Source of the DNA: Candidatus Latescibacterota bacterium
GTDB lineage: Bacteria > Latescibacterota > UBA2968 > GCA-2709665
DNA length: 64,000 nt
Direction of reading: 5' to 3'
Assembly (NCBI GenBank): GCA_963667175.2
Contig: CAXXXF010000015.1
Location: 1 to 64,000, forward strand
Below are positions 48,772 to 58,380 of the stretch, one piece after another (position 1 is the first letter of the stretch; every line of letters begins with the position of its first letter). The position numbers and the translations under genes are program-made. Below the pieces are notes generated by a model. It did not search any database, was not told the DNA's origin, and saw nothing but the letters and a program-made list of their open reading frames with translations.

Positions 48772-50238
48772 CTACGCAGCGCTTACGGGGACGAGTAGCT
48801 CTGTCAATGTACCCTTCAGATCATGAGCGAAAACTGTATCGAACTCTTCGCGTGATACGTCACCTTGTGTTAACTGTGCCGCCTGATACTTTGCATTCAA
48901 CAGCATGTCGACCCACTCATCGATAGTGTTTCTAGCGATAAGGTTATGGACGAAACAATCTTCCGTTTGAGAAATCCGGTGGATGCGATCTTGTGCTTGT
49001 AGGTAGTCATCAAGACTGAATCCACGGTCATAGAATATCGCGTGATTTGCAACAGTCAATGTTAACCCTTCTTTTGCCGACCCGGGTGTAGCCAACAATA
49101 CCCTGCAGTTTGAGTTTGTCTTGAACCGTCTAATCGACTCGTTTCGATCATCCACGGACATATGGCCGTGGACTTTGCGTGGCATAAGATAATCTAGTTC
49201 GCGGCTTAACCATTCGACGTTTTTGATAAATCCTGTCCAAATAATCGCTTTGTTTGACCGAATATCGATTTCGTCAATCAACTCAGCCAACTTTGCCTGT
49301 TTTGCTGAGATTTCATCATAGGTCTCATCCACCAAGGTTGGATTTGAGGCACACTGCACCAAACGCAACAAGCGTTTCAGAATGTCTTCGGCATCATCTA
49401 ACGACAAGTCGTTTTCGGTTTGCATCTCGTAGCTCAGCGCATCTCTGTAAGACGCGTAGATTTCAGATTGACGAGGTGCGAGTTCGACCGAATGAGTAAG
49501 GATCGTCTTTTCGGGAAGCTCAATTCCTGCTGTCCGCTTCGTATCGCGTATCGAAAAACTCTTGATCTTCTCCATAACATTGGATAACCGGCTGCCATAC
49601 TCTGATGCGCAACGAGACTGCGACGGTAGGTCCAGCGCATCTTTGAACTCAGCGTACGAAGCCCCCAATGTTGTACCGCCATCGAGGAACTTTATCTGTG
49701 ACCAGATATCAAACGGGCGATTCGCGACAGGAGTTCCTGTCATGATTACACGTCGCGCAAAACAGTCGAAAATTGAATGGAAACTCGCCGAAATCCTTGA
49801 CTCTGGATTCTTAATCTTTTGGCTTTCGTCCAAAATCGCGGCTGCTCGGCACGTTGCCAGAAATTCCCCCAAGAGGTCGAGATTTGCTGAGACGACTTCG
49901 TAGTTCATTATGTAGATGAGAACCGGTGAATTTAGCGCAATGCTGTTATGGCGACGATTACCCGAAAGAACTCTAGGTGTGACAAATGAATGAGATACCA
50001 ACTCATCAAACCAATTTTGAACTAACGACTTCTTTGTTATAACGAACGTTGTATCAACTATGTCTTCACTTAGCCAATGCAACATTAGATCGATGGCAAT
50101 TTTGGTCTTTCCGAGCCCCTGCTCATGGAAAATTGCGGCATACGGTAAGGATTTGATGGACCTTACGGCATCAAGTTGATAAGGATAGGCGTCGTGTTTG
50201 GCGCTCAGTCGTGGGGGTTTTCTCAGCTTAAACGCCAT
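48772..50238 (-). CDS. SNF2-family helicase/translocase
   Basis: EQGLGKT, DESQ, TGTP, EGLTLT, QAQDRIHRISQ. Confidence 0.92.
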   Translation of the reverse strand: MAFKLRKPPRLSAKHDAYPYQLDAVRSIKSLPYAAIFHEQGLGKTKIAIDLMLHWLSEDIVDTTFVITKKSLVQNWFDELVSHSFVTPRVLSGNRRHNSIALNSPVLIYIMNYEVVSANLDLLGEFLATCRAAAILDESQKIKNPESRISASFHSIFDCFARRVIMTGTPVANRPFDIWSQIKFLDGGTTLGASYAEFKDALDLPSQSRCASEYGSRLSNVMEKIKSFSIRDTKRTAGIELPEKTILTHSVELAPRQSEIYASYRDALSYEMQTENDLSLDDAEDILKRLLRLVQCASNPTLVDETYDEISAKQAKLAELIDEIDIRSNKAIIWTGFIKNVEWLSRELDYLMPRKVHGHMSVDDRNESIRRFKTNSNCRVLLATPGSAKEGLTLTVANHAIFYDRGFSLDDYLQAQDRIHRISQTEDCFVHNLIARNTIDEWVDMLLNAKYQAAQLTQGDVSREEFDTVFAHDLKGTLTELLVPVSAA

Positions 50239-50666
50239 GTTGGGTGCCCAATTGGGTCAAGTCTCCAGAAGTCACATCCGTCATGGACTTCAATCTGTGT
50301 CTTGCTCGCTTGTATGCGGGTTCGCGTGAATCGTAATATTGACTTGGCAAGGTCGGCCCTGCAGCCCGTCACCGAAAGTACGAATAATCCGAAACTCTTC
50401 CGTTCTAGATAAGTGATAAAGGTCTCTATCTGGTTGTACGTGTGAGTCCTTTCAACGTCCTTATCGGTCTTAGCTTCAGCTATAACAGCCGAATTTTCGA
50501 CCGTGTTAATTGCATACAAATCTGGTCGGTATCGGTCGATTAACGGAGGAATTGGCTCGCCAGGACTTTCTTGTAAGTCGGCGATTATCGAGAATTCAGG
50601 ATAACGAGACTCAAGTGCCTTAGCTACTTGGGTCACGAGGTCTCTGTGGGTATCACTCTGAGACAT
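50223..50666 (-). CDS. Small PD-(D/E)XK nuclease-fold protein
   Basis: H...V, RPDL and AEAKT motif spacing; overlaps both neighbours. Confidence 0.75.
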   Translation of the reverse strand: MSQSDTHRDLVTQVAKALESRYPEFSIIADLQESPGEPIPPLIDRYRPDLYAINTVENSAVIAEAKTDKDVERTHTYNQIETFITYLERKSFGLFVLSVTGCRADLAKSILRFTRTRIQASKTQIEVHDGCDFWRLDPIGHPTWRLS

Positions 50667-51687
50667 CTTGAAGTAGATTGTGCAAGCTATCAGACAGGTC
50701 TTCAAGGGACTGGATTTGGTCAGATACCTCATCGCTTTCTTTGCTTTTTAGCGTGCGCACCTCGGAATACGGCAAATCATTGATACGTCGTGCTAGAATT
50801 GCAGAAAGTTGATATATAGAAATCGTGTCCAACTTCGTGTCATCGGCCGTTTCGGTTCGCTCTCGTTGTGTCTTCTTGTCTAGTATTGCTATTGCCTCCT
50901 CAATTGAGCGGGGGCCTCCATTTAGGAATTCATCCTTTGCCTCATCGTCGCGAAGTACACGTGGCAACTGCCGAACGTCGGCCAAGCGGTAGATCTTACC
51001 GTCGCGAATCCATTCGCCAAAATGCCTTAAATCCAATCCAGCATCAAATATGGCTTCTTTAATCTTTGGTTTCTGAAGTTCAACAAAACCACTAAACCTG
51101 TCAATATGGAAAGCCGTGTCATCCACTATATCCCGATAATACTCATTCATGTCCTGATAAGCGTCAATTTGACGCTCAATTTCAGTCTTATTTCCGCCGC
51201 ATAAAGCCACCATTTCATTGTAGTCCATGAATTCTTGGTTGCGCAGATAATGTAGATATCTTGCCTTCTCGTACGCTGGCCATTCCCTAGCACCTACCAA
51301 GTGTGCTGACACACGGATCATTTCGACATCGCGTTCGTTTACATCCTCAATGATAATTGCCTTAATGCTGGACCACGACCCTTTCATCCCCTCTCTCAAG
51401 AACTGTTTGTAGATCGCAAGTCGAGTGTTTCCATCGATACAGACATACCCGTCTTTCCCATGTATAACTGTGACCGGAGCCATTACACCTCCGCTGGCTC
51501 GAATCGCATCCCTTAGCTGGGTATATGACGAAGACCCGCTTTCGCCGTCTGTCGCCGACCTCAAAGCAAAGTGAATACGTTCAGCATTCAGCTGGTCCCC
51601 GTACTTTTCCAACGCCTTCTTGATTCGTGGGTTTTCTGTGTCGAACGAAATATCATCGACCTTTAGCCTGGTATAATTGTCTGTCAT
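50653..51687 (-). CDS. ParB/Srx-like N-terminal domain protein (copy 1)
   Basis: ENPRI, GGVMAPVTV, CIDGNTRL, H..G...WPAYEKA. Confidence 0.85.
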   Translation of the reverse strand: MTDNYTRLKVDDISFDTENPRIKKALEKYGDQLNAERIHFALRSATDGESGSSSYTQLRDAIRASGGVMAPVTVIHGKDGYVCIDGNTRLAIYKQFLREGMKGSWSSIKAIIIEDVNERDVEMIRVSAHLVGAREWPAYEKARYLHYLRNQEFMDYNEMVALCGGNKTEIERQIDAYQDMNEYYRDIVDDTAFHIDRFSGFVELQKPKIKEAIFDAGLDLRHFGEWIRDGKIYRLADVRQLPRVLRDDEAKDEFLNGGPRSIEEAIAILDKKTQRERTETADDTKLDTISIYQLSAILARRINDLPYSEVRTLKSKESDEVSDQIQSLEDLSDSLHNLLQDVSE

Positions 51688-51829
51688 TTTGTCCCCATTT
51701 ATAGAAAAAATCGATCAGTGCGCCGCCAATAATCACGCCCCACGACTCGAGCGATAATCCTTTGAGATGGATCGTGAGGGATTGGGGTCCTTGATTTGCG
51801 GCGTCAGTTTTGCATTTTCTCTCGCAAAA

Positions 51830-51857
51830 AGTATAAGCATCTTTCACACAATGTCAA
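51830..51857 (-). promoter_or_regulatory. Near-consensus sigma70 promoter for the six-gene operon
   Basis: Minus strand TTGACA-16 nt-TATACT. Confidence 0.7.
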
Positions 51858-52102
51858 CAATGGAGCGGACCTTGCAAGTGCACTTGTCAATTATTCCTGA
51901 ACCCCCAGAAGTCAACTCGAATAAGTTTTTCGAATTGAGCCTGCTGAGGTCTTCTAGAGAGTTATACAAGTGGATTCAGGCAGCCAGTTTACCCTCCATG
52001 TGGGTCGGGGTTTCGACGAGACTTTCCGACCCGCCTGCCTGACCCGCGGAACAAGCGAGTTCGTATACACCGTGGGCATGCGGTGAAATTCAGCGGATTC
52101 CC

Positions 52103-53254
52103 TCACGGCCACAGCGTATCGGCGGCAAGCAGGTTGGAAAAGTGTGAAAACGGGAGGACCTCGATACCGTCAGCGGTCCGCAATTCAGGCCCGTCGGGAT
52201 AAACGACAAGCCTGCGGCAAAGTCCCGGCAGCTCGGTCAGAACCCTTAGTCCCTTGCACCAGGATTCCGCGAACGCGCCGCCGGATTTGACTTCGATTGC
52301 CACGAATTCCCCGCCGCGCTTGAGCAGGAAGTCCACCTCGGTACCGGTCTGCGCCGCGGTCGACCAATAGAAGCACTCGTCGCAGACATGACGGTAGTCT
52401 GTATACGCCCGGATCAACTGGGCAATCAGGCCTTCGAATAGAGCGCCGCGCTCCTCCGGGGCGGGAGGCGTCGTGACCCGTTTCATCGCCCGTACGAGAC
52501 CGGGGTCGCACCAATACCACTTTGGCATTTTGCGTTCGCGCACGCGCAATCGGGTCTCGTATGCAGGAAGTTGAAAGCAGAGGAGTGTTTCTTCCAGGAT
52601 CTGCAGGTATCCCGTCACTGTCGTGCGCGCAACCTGAGCTTCTCTTGCGATGTTGGTCGCGTTGAAGGTCTGGCCGTGAAAGAGCGCCGCAACCGGGAGA
52701 AAGCGCGCGAATCCGGGAAGGTTCCGCACAAGTGCCTCTGCTTGTATCTCCTCTTTGAGATACATCTGCGTATAGGCAACCAGTGTCTCCGCCCTGTCAT
52801 CCGAATCCCATACGATGGGCAGCAGTCCATGTTGCAAGGCGTCGTCGAGCGCGAACCGTTCTCCCAACTCCTCGGGAGTAAAGGGATGCATCGCGCGATT
52901 CAGGGCGCGGCCCGCAAGGAGGTTGACACCTGCCCTTTTGAGTTTTCTTGCACTGGACCCGCACAATACAAAGCGCATTCGCTTTTCTTCGATAAACCGG
53001 TGTACCTCGTTAAGCAACGTCGGCAATCTCTGCATCTCGTCCAGAACCACCCACCGGTCATCCGGCACGGCGCGCAGCTCCGCGGCAAGGAGACCCGGAT
53101 TCGCAAGCAGGCGCTGGTACGTATCCTCGGCGAGCAGATTCACGACGTGCGCATCCGGAAATGCCGATCGCAGACAGGTGCTCTTTCCAACGCCGCGAGG
53201 TCCCAGGAGAAAGAAGCTCTTCCGGGGGGCGTCAAATATGCGTGGAATTGTCAT
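52103..53254 (-). CDS. AAA_14 ATPase with DUF4143 C-terminal domain
   Basis: GPRGVGKST, LDEMQ, GSS, LAGR, DPGL, EVDF, IEVK. Confidence 0.92.
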   Translation of the reverse strand: MTIPRIFDAPRKSFFLLGPRGVGKSTCLRSAFPDAHVVNLLAEDTYQRLLANPGLLAAELRAVPDDRWVVLDEMQRLPTLLNEVHRFIEEKRMRFVLCGSSARKLKRAGVNLLAGRALNRAMHPFTPEELGERFALDDALQHGLLPIVWDSDDRAETLVAYTQMYLKEEIQAEALVRNLPGFARFLPVAALFHGQTFNATNIAREAQVARTTVTGYLQILEETLLCFQLPAYETRLRVRERKMPKWYWCDPGLVRAMKRVTTPPAPEERGALFEGLIAQLIRAYTDYRHVCDECFYWSTAAQTGTEVDFLLKRGGEFVAIEVKSGGAFAESWCKGLRVLTELPGLCRRLVVYPDGPELRTADGIEVLPFSHFSNLLAADTLWP

Positions 53255-53685
53255 TTGACTATGTTGTCGTCATTTTTCGCAGTAATTTGACGATAATATA
53301 GTCAAATTTCAAGAATCTGTCAAATCAGGACTTGACCTGCCCCAACGCCGTCTTGCCGGGTATGATCGCTTGATTCTAAAGGCGATTTCGGAAACTTGAA
53401 ACCTCTCCGCCCGGAGCGCGTCTAAGCGGATACAACCATGCTACATCCCTCCCGAAAGGCGTCGATCGTACCCAGTACGGCCGGCGCCTTTTCTGAGTGT
53501 ATCGACGAGGTGTCTGTCTGTGGAATCATCGCGATGGCTGGCGGCGATTTCATTCAAACGCGGGGAAAGTCCTGTTGCGCGCCCTTGCCGGCGCTCGTAT
53601 TTTATGCCTGTTCGAAGTGAGGGTTCCCGGCCTTTGGCAAGGGACGGACCGCGCTTTTCCAGAGGAATCAGTTGGGGAGAACCTT

Positions 53686-54603
53686 ATGCGCAGGATTGTG
53701 CTTCGGCAGGTCACGAAGACGTTCGACGGCGTACGGGCCGTGGACGGATTGGATCTCGACGTCGAGGCGGGCGAGGTATACGGTCTGCTGGGGCCCAACG
53801 GCGCCGGAAAGACCACCACGATTCGCACGGTCCTGGGGATTTACGCGCCGGATTCAGGGAGGATCGATTGTGACAACGGGGGAACGGGACTGTCGAAGGA
53901 CCGGGTAGGCTATCTGCCGGAAGAACGAGGGCTGTATCCCAAGATGCGGGTGATGGACCTGCTGGTATTCCTGGGGGAGATCAAGTCGCTCTCGCGCCCG
54001 GAAGCCGCGGGCCGCGCGGGAGAATGGCTGGAACGGATGGGCCTGTCGGAGTGGTCGAACCGGCGCGTGGATCAGCTTTCCAAGGGCATGCAGCAAAAGC
54101 TGCAATTCATCGCGACCATCATCCACGACCCGGACCTCCTGATTCTGGACGAGCCGTTCAGCGGCCTCGATCCGATCAATGTGGCCGTCCTGAAGGAGAT
54201 TATGCAGACCTTGACGAACGAAGGCAAGATTCTCATTTTTTCCACCCATCAAATGGAGGATGCAGAGGCGCTTTGCGACCGGATCTGCCTGATCAACCGC
54301 GGTCGTAAGGTGCTGGAAGGCACCGTACCCGAACTGAAGGCCCTTTACAAAAGAAACAGGCTGCGCATCGCTTTTGAGGGCAATGACGATTTTCTCGAGG
54401 ATACGAAGCTGGTCCGGCGTGCGGACCGTCGCGCGAATCACGTGGAGGTCGAACTCCAGACGGGCGCAGATCCCGGCGACCTGCTGAGACGGGCGCTATC
54501 CGGGGCCCGGATCCACCGGTTCGAAGTCTCGGAGCCGTCCCTCCGGGATATCTTTTTGATGGCTGTGGGCGGCGAAGATGCCGGGGAGAGCCGGAATGAA
54601 TAA
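53686..54603 (+). CDS. ABC-2 transporter ATP-binding protein (NatA/YhaQ-like)
   Basis: GPNGAGKTT, LSKGMQQK, LDEPFSGLD. Confidence 0.93.
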   Translation: MRRIVLRQVTKTFDGVRAVDGLDLDVEAGEVYGLLGPNGAGKTTTIRTVLGIYAPDSGRIDCDNGGTGLSKDRVGYLPEERGLYPKMRVMDLLVFLGEIKSLSRPEAAGRAGEWLERMGLSEWSNRRVDQLSKGMQQKLQFIATIIHDPDLLILDEPFSGLDPINVAVLKEIMQTLTNEGKILIFSTHQMEDAEALCDRICLINRGRKVLEGTVPELKALYKRNRLRIAFEGNDDFLEDTKLVRRADRRANHVEVELQTGADPGDLLRRALSGARIHRFEVSEPSLRDIFLMAVGGEDAGESRNE

Positions 54604-55852
54604 GGTATTCAAGATCGTCCGACGGGAATTTGTCGAGATCGTCCGCAAGAAGAGTTTCCTGATCGGCCTGTTTCTTGTGCCGGTTTTCGTCGTGGCCAGT
54701 ATCCTCGTTCCCGTGCTTCTGGCGGGTGTCGACGTCGGCAAACAGAAACGCATCGCCGTTGTCGACCAGACCGGGATCCTGTACGGGCCGCTCGAAGCCC
54801 GCATGGACGAACGGCTTGAGGACGGCCGGCCGGAATACCTCTTGCAGGAAGTACGGCCCGGCGCCGACCTGGAAACCACGCGGCGACAGCTTACGTCCGA
54901 GATCAACGCCGAAAAACTGGACGCCTACCTTGTGGTGCCTCCCGACGTTTTCGAGAAGGGCGAGGCCGGGTTCTACGGGAAGAACGTGAGCGACATCCGG
55001 CAGGTCGGGCGATTGCGGAGCGCGTTGACTCACATTGTGGTTGCCCACAGGCTGGCGCAGCGGGGGCTGGACCCTCAAGAGGTGAGAAAATGGACCCGCA
55101 CGGTGCAGCTCCAGACATTGAAAATCGTCAAGGGGAAGGAGAAGAAGAGCGGGTTTGCCCGGGAATATTTCACTTCGTTCGCCTTTGCCATGTTGCTGTA
55201 CATGGTAACCATTCTGTATGGAATTATGGTCATGCGCGGCGTCCTTGAAGAGAAGTCCACCCGCATGGTGGAGGTGATGCTATCCTCGGTCGATCCCCTG
55301 CAGATGATGGCGGGAAAGATCCTGGGTATCGGCGCCGCCAGCCTGGTCCAGATCACGGTCTGGATCGGGGTGGGCCTGCTGGCCACGGCGTACGGCAGGA
55401 TGGCGTTCGGTCCGAATCTGCCCTTTGCGATCGAGACGGGCGTGGTGGTCTACTTCGGGATCTACTTCATTCTGGGTTATTTCCTGTACGCCACACTCTA
55501 CGCCATCATCGGCGCGATCTGCGACACCGAACAGGATGCGCAGCACCTGCAGATCCTCGTCATCGTGCCCATGATCCTTTCGCTGCTTGCCATGACGTTC
55601 ATCACCCGGCAGCCCAACGCCGTCCCGTCGGTGGTGATGTCACTGGTTCCGTTCTTTGCGCCCATGATCATGATTGTGCGGGTGAACGTCCTCACCCCTC
55701 CTCTGATCGAAATCGCGGCGTCGGTACTGATTCTGATCGGGACGATTGCAGGGGTGACGTGGGCGGCCGCACGGATCTACCGGGTGGGGATCCTGATGCG
55801 GGGCAAGCGGGCCACGCTGTCGGAGATGGTCCGGTGGGTTCGACACGGATAG
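54596..55852 (+). CDS. ABC-2 transporter permease (NatB/YhaP-like)
   Basis: EEKSTRMVEVMLSSV, GKILG, multiple TMs. Confidence 0.92.
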   Translation: MNKVFKIVRREFVEIVRKKSFLIGLFLVPVFVVASILVPVLLAGVDVGKQKRIAVVDQTGILYGPLEARMDERLEDGRPEYLLQEVRPGADLETTRRQLTSEINAEKLDAYLVVPPDVFEKGEAGFYGKNVSDIRQVGRLRSALTHIVVAHRLAQRGLDPQEVRKWTRTVQLQTLKIVKGKEKKSGFAREYFTSFAFAMLLYMVTILYGIMVMRGVLEEKSTRMVEVMLSSVDPLQMMAGKILGIGAASLVQITVWIGVGLLATAYGRMAFGPNLPFAIETGVVVYFGIYFILGYFLYATLYAIIGAICDTEQDAQHLQILVIVPMILSLLAMTFITRQPNAVPSVVMSLVPFFAPMIMIVRVNVLTPPLIEIAASVLILIGTIAGVTWAAARIYRVGILMRGKRATLSEMVRWVRHG

Positions 55853-55886
55853 GACCGGCCGGCGGCCTTGAACTACGGGTGGAGCC

Positions 55887-56651
55887 ATGACAAACCTGAT
55901 TGCGTGCAACCTGAACAGCTATCGACGATATCGCGACGGCGCGTTCGAACATCTCGCCCGGATCGGCCTGACCAACGTGGAGATTCCATGCCCCGAACCC
56001 GAGGAGAGGGTTGCCGTGCAACGTGAGCTCGACCGGTTCGGAATGCGTCCATCAAGCCTCATCATCCGCTGCGAGATGCACGCCGACGACGCGGTCCCGA
56101 GGTTCGCGCACGCCCTGAATACCGTCGCGGAGATGGGGGTCGGCCTGGTGTTCACGAGCATGAAGACCGGAGGCATAGACCGGGATTTCGTGTACGGGAG
56201 ACTACAGGACATCGGCGATGCCGCGGCCGAACGGGGGATTGTCGTGGCCATGGAAACGCATCCGGACCTGGTCACGAATGCCGACGTCGCGCTGGAGACG
56301 ATGAGGAGTGTGGACCATCCCAATATCCGGGTCAATTTCGATACGGCAAACGTGCACTATTACAATGAAGGCGTGGATTCGGTCGACCAGTTTCGAAAGA
56401 TTGCCCACGCGGTGGCCGGCGTGCATCTGAAGGACACGAACGGCGGATATCAGACATGGCATTTTCCCGCCCTCGGAGAGGGGATCGTGGATTTCCCCTC
56501 TATTTTCGAGATATTCGCGGGTCACGGCCGCAACGGCCCTTACACGCTCGAAGTGGAGGGGATCAGCGGCGAGTCGCTGACGCGGCAGGACGTGGAACGA
56601 CGGATCGAGCAGTCGCTGGACTACCTTCGCGACCACGGGCTGGCGGACTGA
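55887..56651 (+). CDS. Sugar phosphate isomerase/epimerase
   Basis: METHP, NFDTAN, VHLKD, GEGIVDF, LEVE. Confidence 0.9.
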   Translation: MTNLIACNLNSYRRYRDGAFEHLARIGLTNVEIPCPEPEERVAVQRELDRFGMRPSSLIIRCEMHADDAVPRFAHALNTVAEMGVGLVFTSMKTGGIDRDFVYGRLQDIGDAAAERGIVVAMETHPDLVTNADVALETMRSVDHPNIRVNFDTANVHYYNEGVDSVDQFRKIAHAVAGVHLKDTNGGYQTWHFPALGEGIVDFPSIFEIFAGHGRNGPYTLEVEGISGESLTRQDVERRIEQSLDYLRDHGLAD

Positions 56652-57616
56652 TGATTCTTGCGGTCGACATCGGCGGCACCCGTTTTCGTCTGGCGTTGGG
56701 GACTTCCGACGGGCGCATTCTGAAGCAGAAGACCGGCGCCACCGATCGCTCCGGCGGCGCCCGATGGATGATTGATCGTATCCTCGAAGAGGGGCGCCGG
56801 CTGCTTGCGTCATCCCCGGAAACTGTGACCGCGTGCGGAATCAGTTTCGGCGGCCCCGTGAATTTTGAAACGCAGCGGATCGTCAATTCAACCCATGTGG
56901 CGGGTTGGGACAACGTGGCCATTCCGGAGGCGATTCAAGGGAGTCTGGGAGTACCGGCCATCGTGGACAACGACGCCAACGTGGGCGCGCTGGGCGAACT
57001 CAGGTTTGGAGCGGGCAAAGGCTGCCGCCACCTCGTCTACTACAATATAGGGACGGGAATCGGCGCCGGGATCATCATCGACCGGCAGATCTACAGGGGC
57101 GCCAACGGCAACGCGGGTGAACTCGGGCACGTTCCGGTCCTTCCCGACGGGCCGCTCTGCGATTGCGGCAATCGCGGGTGCCTCGAAGCGCTGTGTTCCG
57201 GCACGGCGATCGGGCGCCGCGGTGAAGAGGCCGTACGTGGGCCGCCTCGGAGAGCCGGCGGGATCCGGCAGGCGTCCGAAGGTCCGATTACGGCCAAAGC
57301 GGTCTTCGACGCCGCGCGAACGGGCGACGGGCTGGCCCTGGAGCTTGTGAACGAGACCTGCCGGTATCTGGGCATGGGTGTGGCGGCCGCGATGAATGCG
57401 CTCGCGCCCGAAGCCATCGTGATTGGCGGCAGCGTGGCCAAAGCGGGCAGGGTGCTCCTGGAACCGTTGCGCGAACAGGCGGATCGGTTTCTGATGCCCG
57501 TGCACCGCCCCCATCTGAGAATTCTTCCTGCGCGGCTGAAAGACAATTCGGGTCTGCTTGGCGCGGTCGCCCTGACCGAGGCATTGAAACGCGGTCACTC
57601 GACGACGAACCCATGA
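56651..57616 (+). CDS. ROK family sugar kinase
   Basis: VDIGGT, NDAN, GTGIG, GELGH, C.CG..GCLE. Confidence 0.93.
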   Translation: MILAVDIGGTRFRLALGTSDGRILKQKTGATDRSGGARWMIDRILEEGRRLLASSPETVTACGISFGGPVNFETQRIVNSTHVAGWDNVAIPEAIQGSLGVPAIVDNDANVGALGELRFGAGKGCRHLVYYNIGTGIGAGIIIDRQIYRGANGNAGELGHVPVLPDGPLCDCGNRGCLEALCSGTAIGRRGEEAVRGPPRRAGGIRQASEGPITAKAVFDAARTGDGLALELVNETCRYLGMGVAAAMNALAPEAIVIGGSVAKAGRVLLEPLREQADRFLMPVHRPHLRILPARLKDNSGLLGAVALTEALKRGHSTTNP

Positions 57617-58272
57617 ATTGCAACGCGGTACCGGAAAACACAAACGGATTGGCATACGATCCCGGAGAAGCGGTTGCGGCGCTATCGAGGGTGGACCCGG
57701 CCCTGGGACGATTGATGGAACGCGCCGGCCCCTGCCTGCTGGAAGCGCGGGCGCCGTACTCTCCGTTTCGGGCGTTGATGCGCTCGATTGTCTACCAGCA
57801 GCTTTCCGGGAAGGCCGCCGGGACGATCTACGGCCGGGTTCTGGATCTGTTTCCTGAATGCACGCATCCTGAGCCGGAACAGGTGCTGGCGTTATCCGAC
57901 GAAGCGTTTCGCGGCGCAGGGATGTCCCGAGCCAAGGTGGCGGCCATAAAAGACCTTGCCGAAAAGACGCTCGAGGGCGAGGTCCCGCCCGGGCGGCGGC
58001 TGAACCGGATGCCCGACGACGAGATCATCAAGCGCTTCACGCGTGTCCGGGGGGTGGGCGAATGGACCGTGCAGATGATGCTGATATTCGATCTGGGCCG
58101 GGCGGACGTGCTGCCGGTCAAGGACCTGGGCGTGAGGAAGGGGTTTATGCTCACCTATGGGTCGAGCGGGCTGCCCGAACCTGCGGATCTGCTGGATCAC
58201 GGTGAAATCTGGCGTCCGTACCGGTCGGTGGCGAGCTGGTACCTCTGGCGGGCCGTGGAACTGTATGGATGA
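57613..58272 (+). CDS. DNA-3-methyladenine glycosylase II (AlkA family)
   Basis: IVYQQLS, RGVGEWT HhH, DLGVR, WRPYRS. Confidence 0.93.
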   Translation: MNCNAVPENTNGLAYDPGEAVAALSRVDPALGRLMERAGPCLLEARAPYSPFRALMRSIVYQQLSGKAAGTIYGRVLDLFPECTHPEPEQVLALSDEAFRGAGMSRAKVAAIKDLAEKTLEGEVPPGRRLNRMPDDEIIKRFTRVRGVGEWTVQMMLIFDLGRADVLPVKDLGVRKGFMLTYGSSGLPEPADLLDHGEIWRPYRSVASWYLWRAVELYG

Positions 58273-58380
58273 GGAATCCTGCGGAGACGGACCCCTATCG
58301 AGCGGCATACGTCCTGCGGCCGATTGCCGAACGATCGCCCTGGACGTTGCGCCGGCAGTCGAACCTGGAGAGGAAATTTC

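Larger units (their letters stand above)
42359..52080. mobile_element. AT-richer genomic (defence-type) island at the 3' end of tRNA-Leu; no integrase seen
   Basis: Abrupt composition shift right after the tRNA and back near 52080; accessory gene content. Confidence 0.7.

Noticed and set aside
44595-51687. Assignment to BREX, DISARM, Dnd/Ssp, Wadjet or a ParABS partition locus
   Set aside because: No PglZ, DNA methyltransferase, DUF1998, cysteine desulfurase/PAPS reductase, SMC or ParA gene in the operon
51990-52060. attR copy of the tRNA-Leu 3' end
   Set aside because: GTGGGTCGGGG...CCGACCCGC is a hairpin with only a few matching bases, not a tRNA-end duplication
53284-53308. Palindrome AATTTGAC-N9-GTCAAATT upstream of the AAA-DUF4143 gene
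   Set aside because: Plausible operator or promoter overlap, but a single instance with no identifiable regulator
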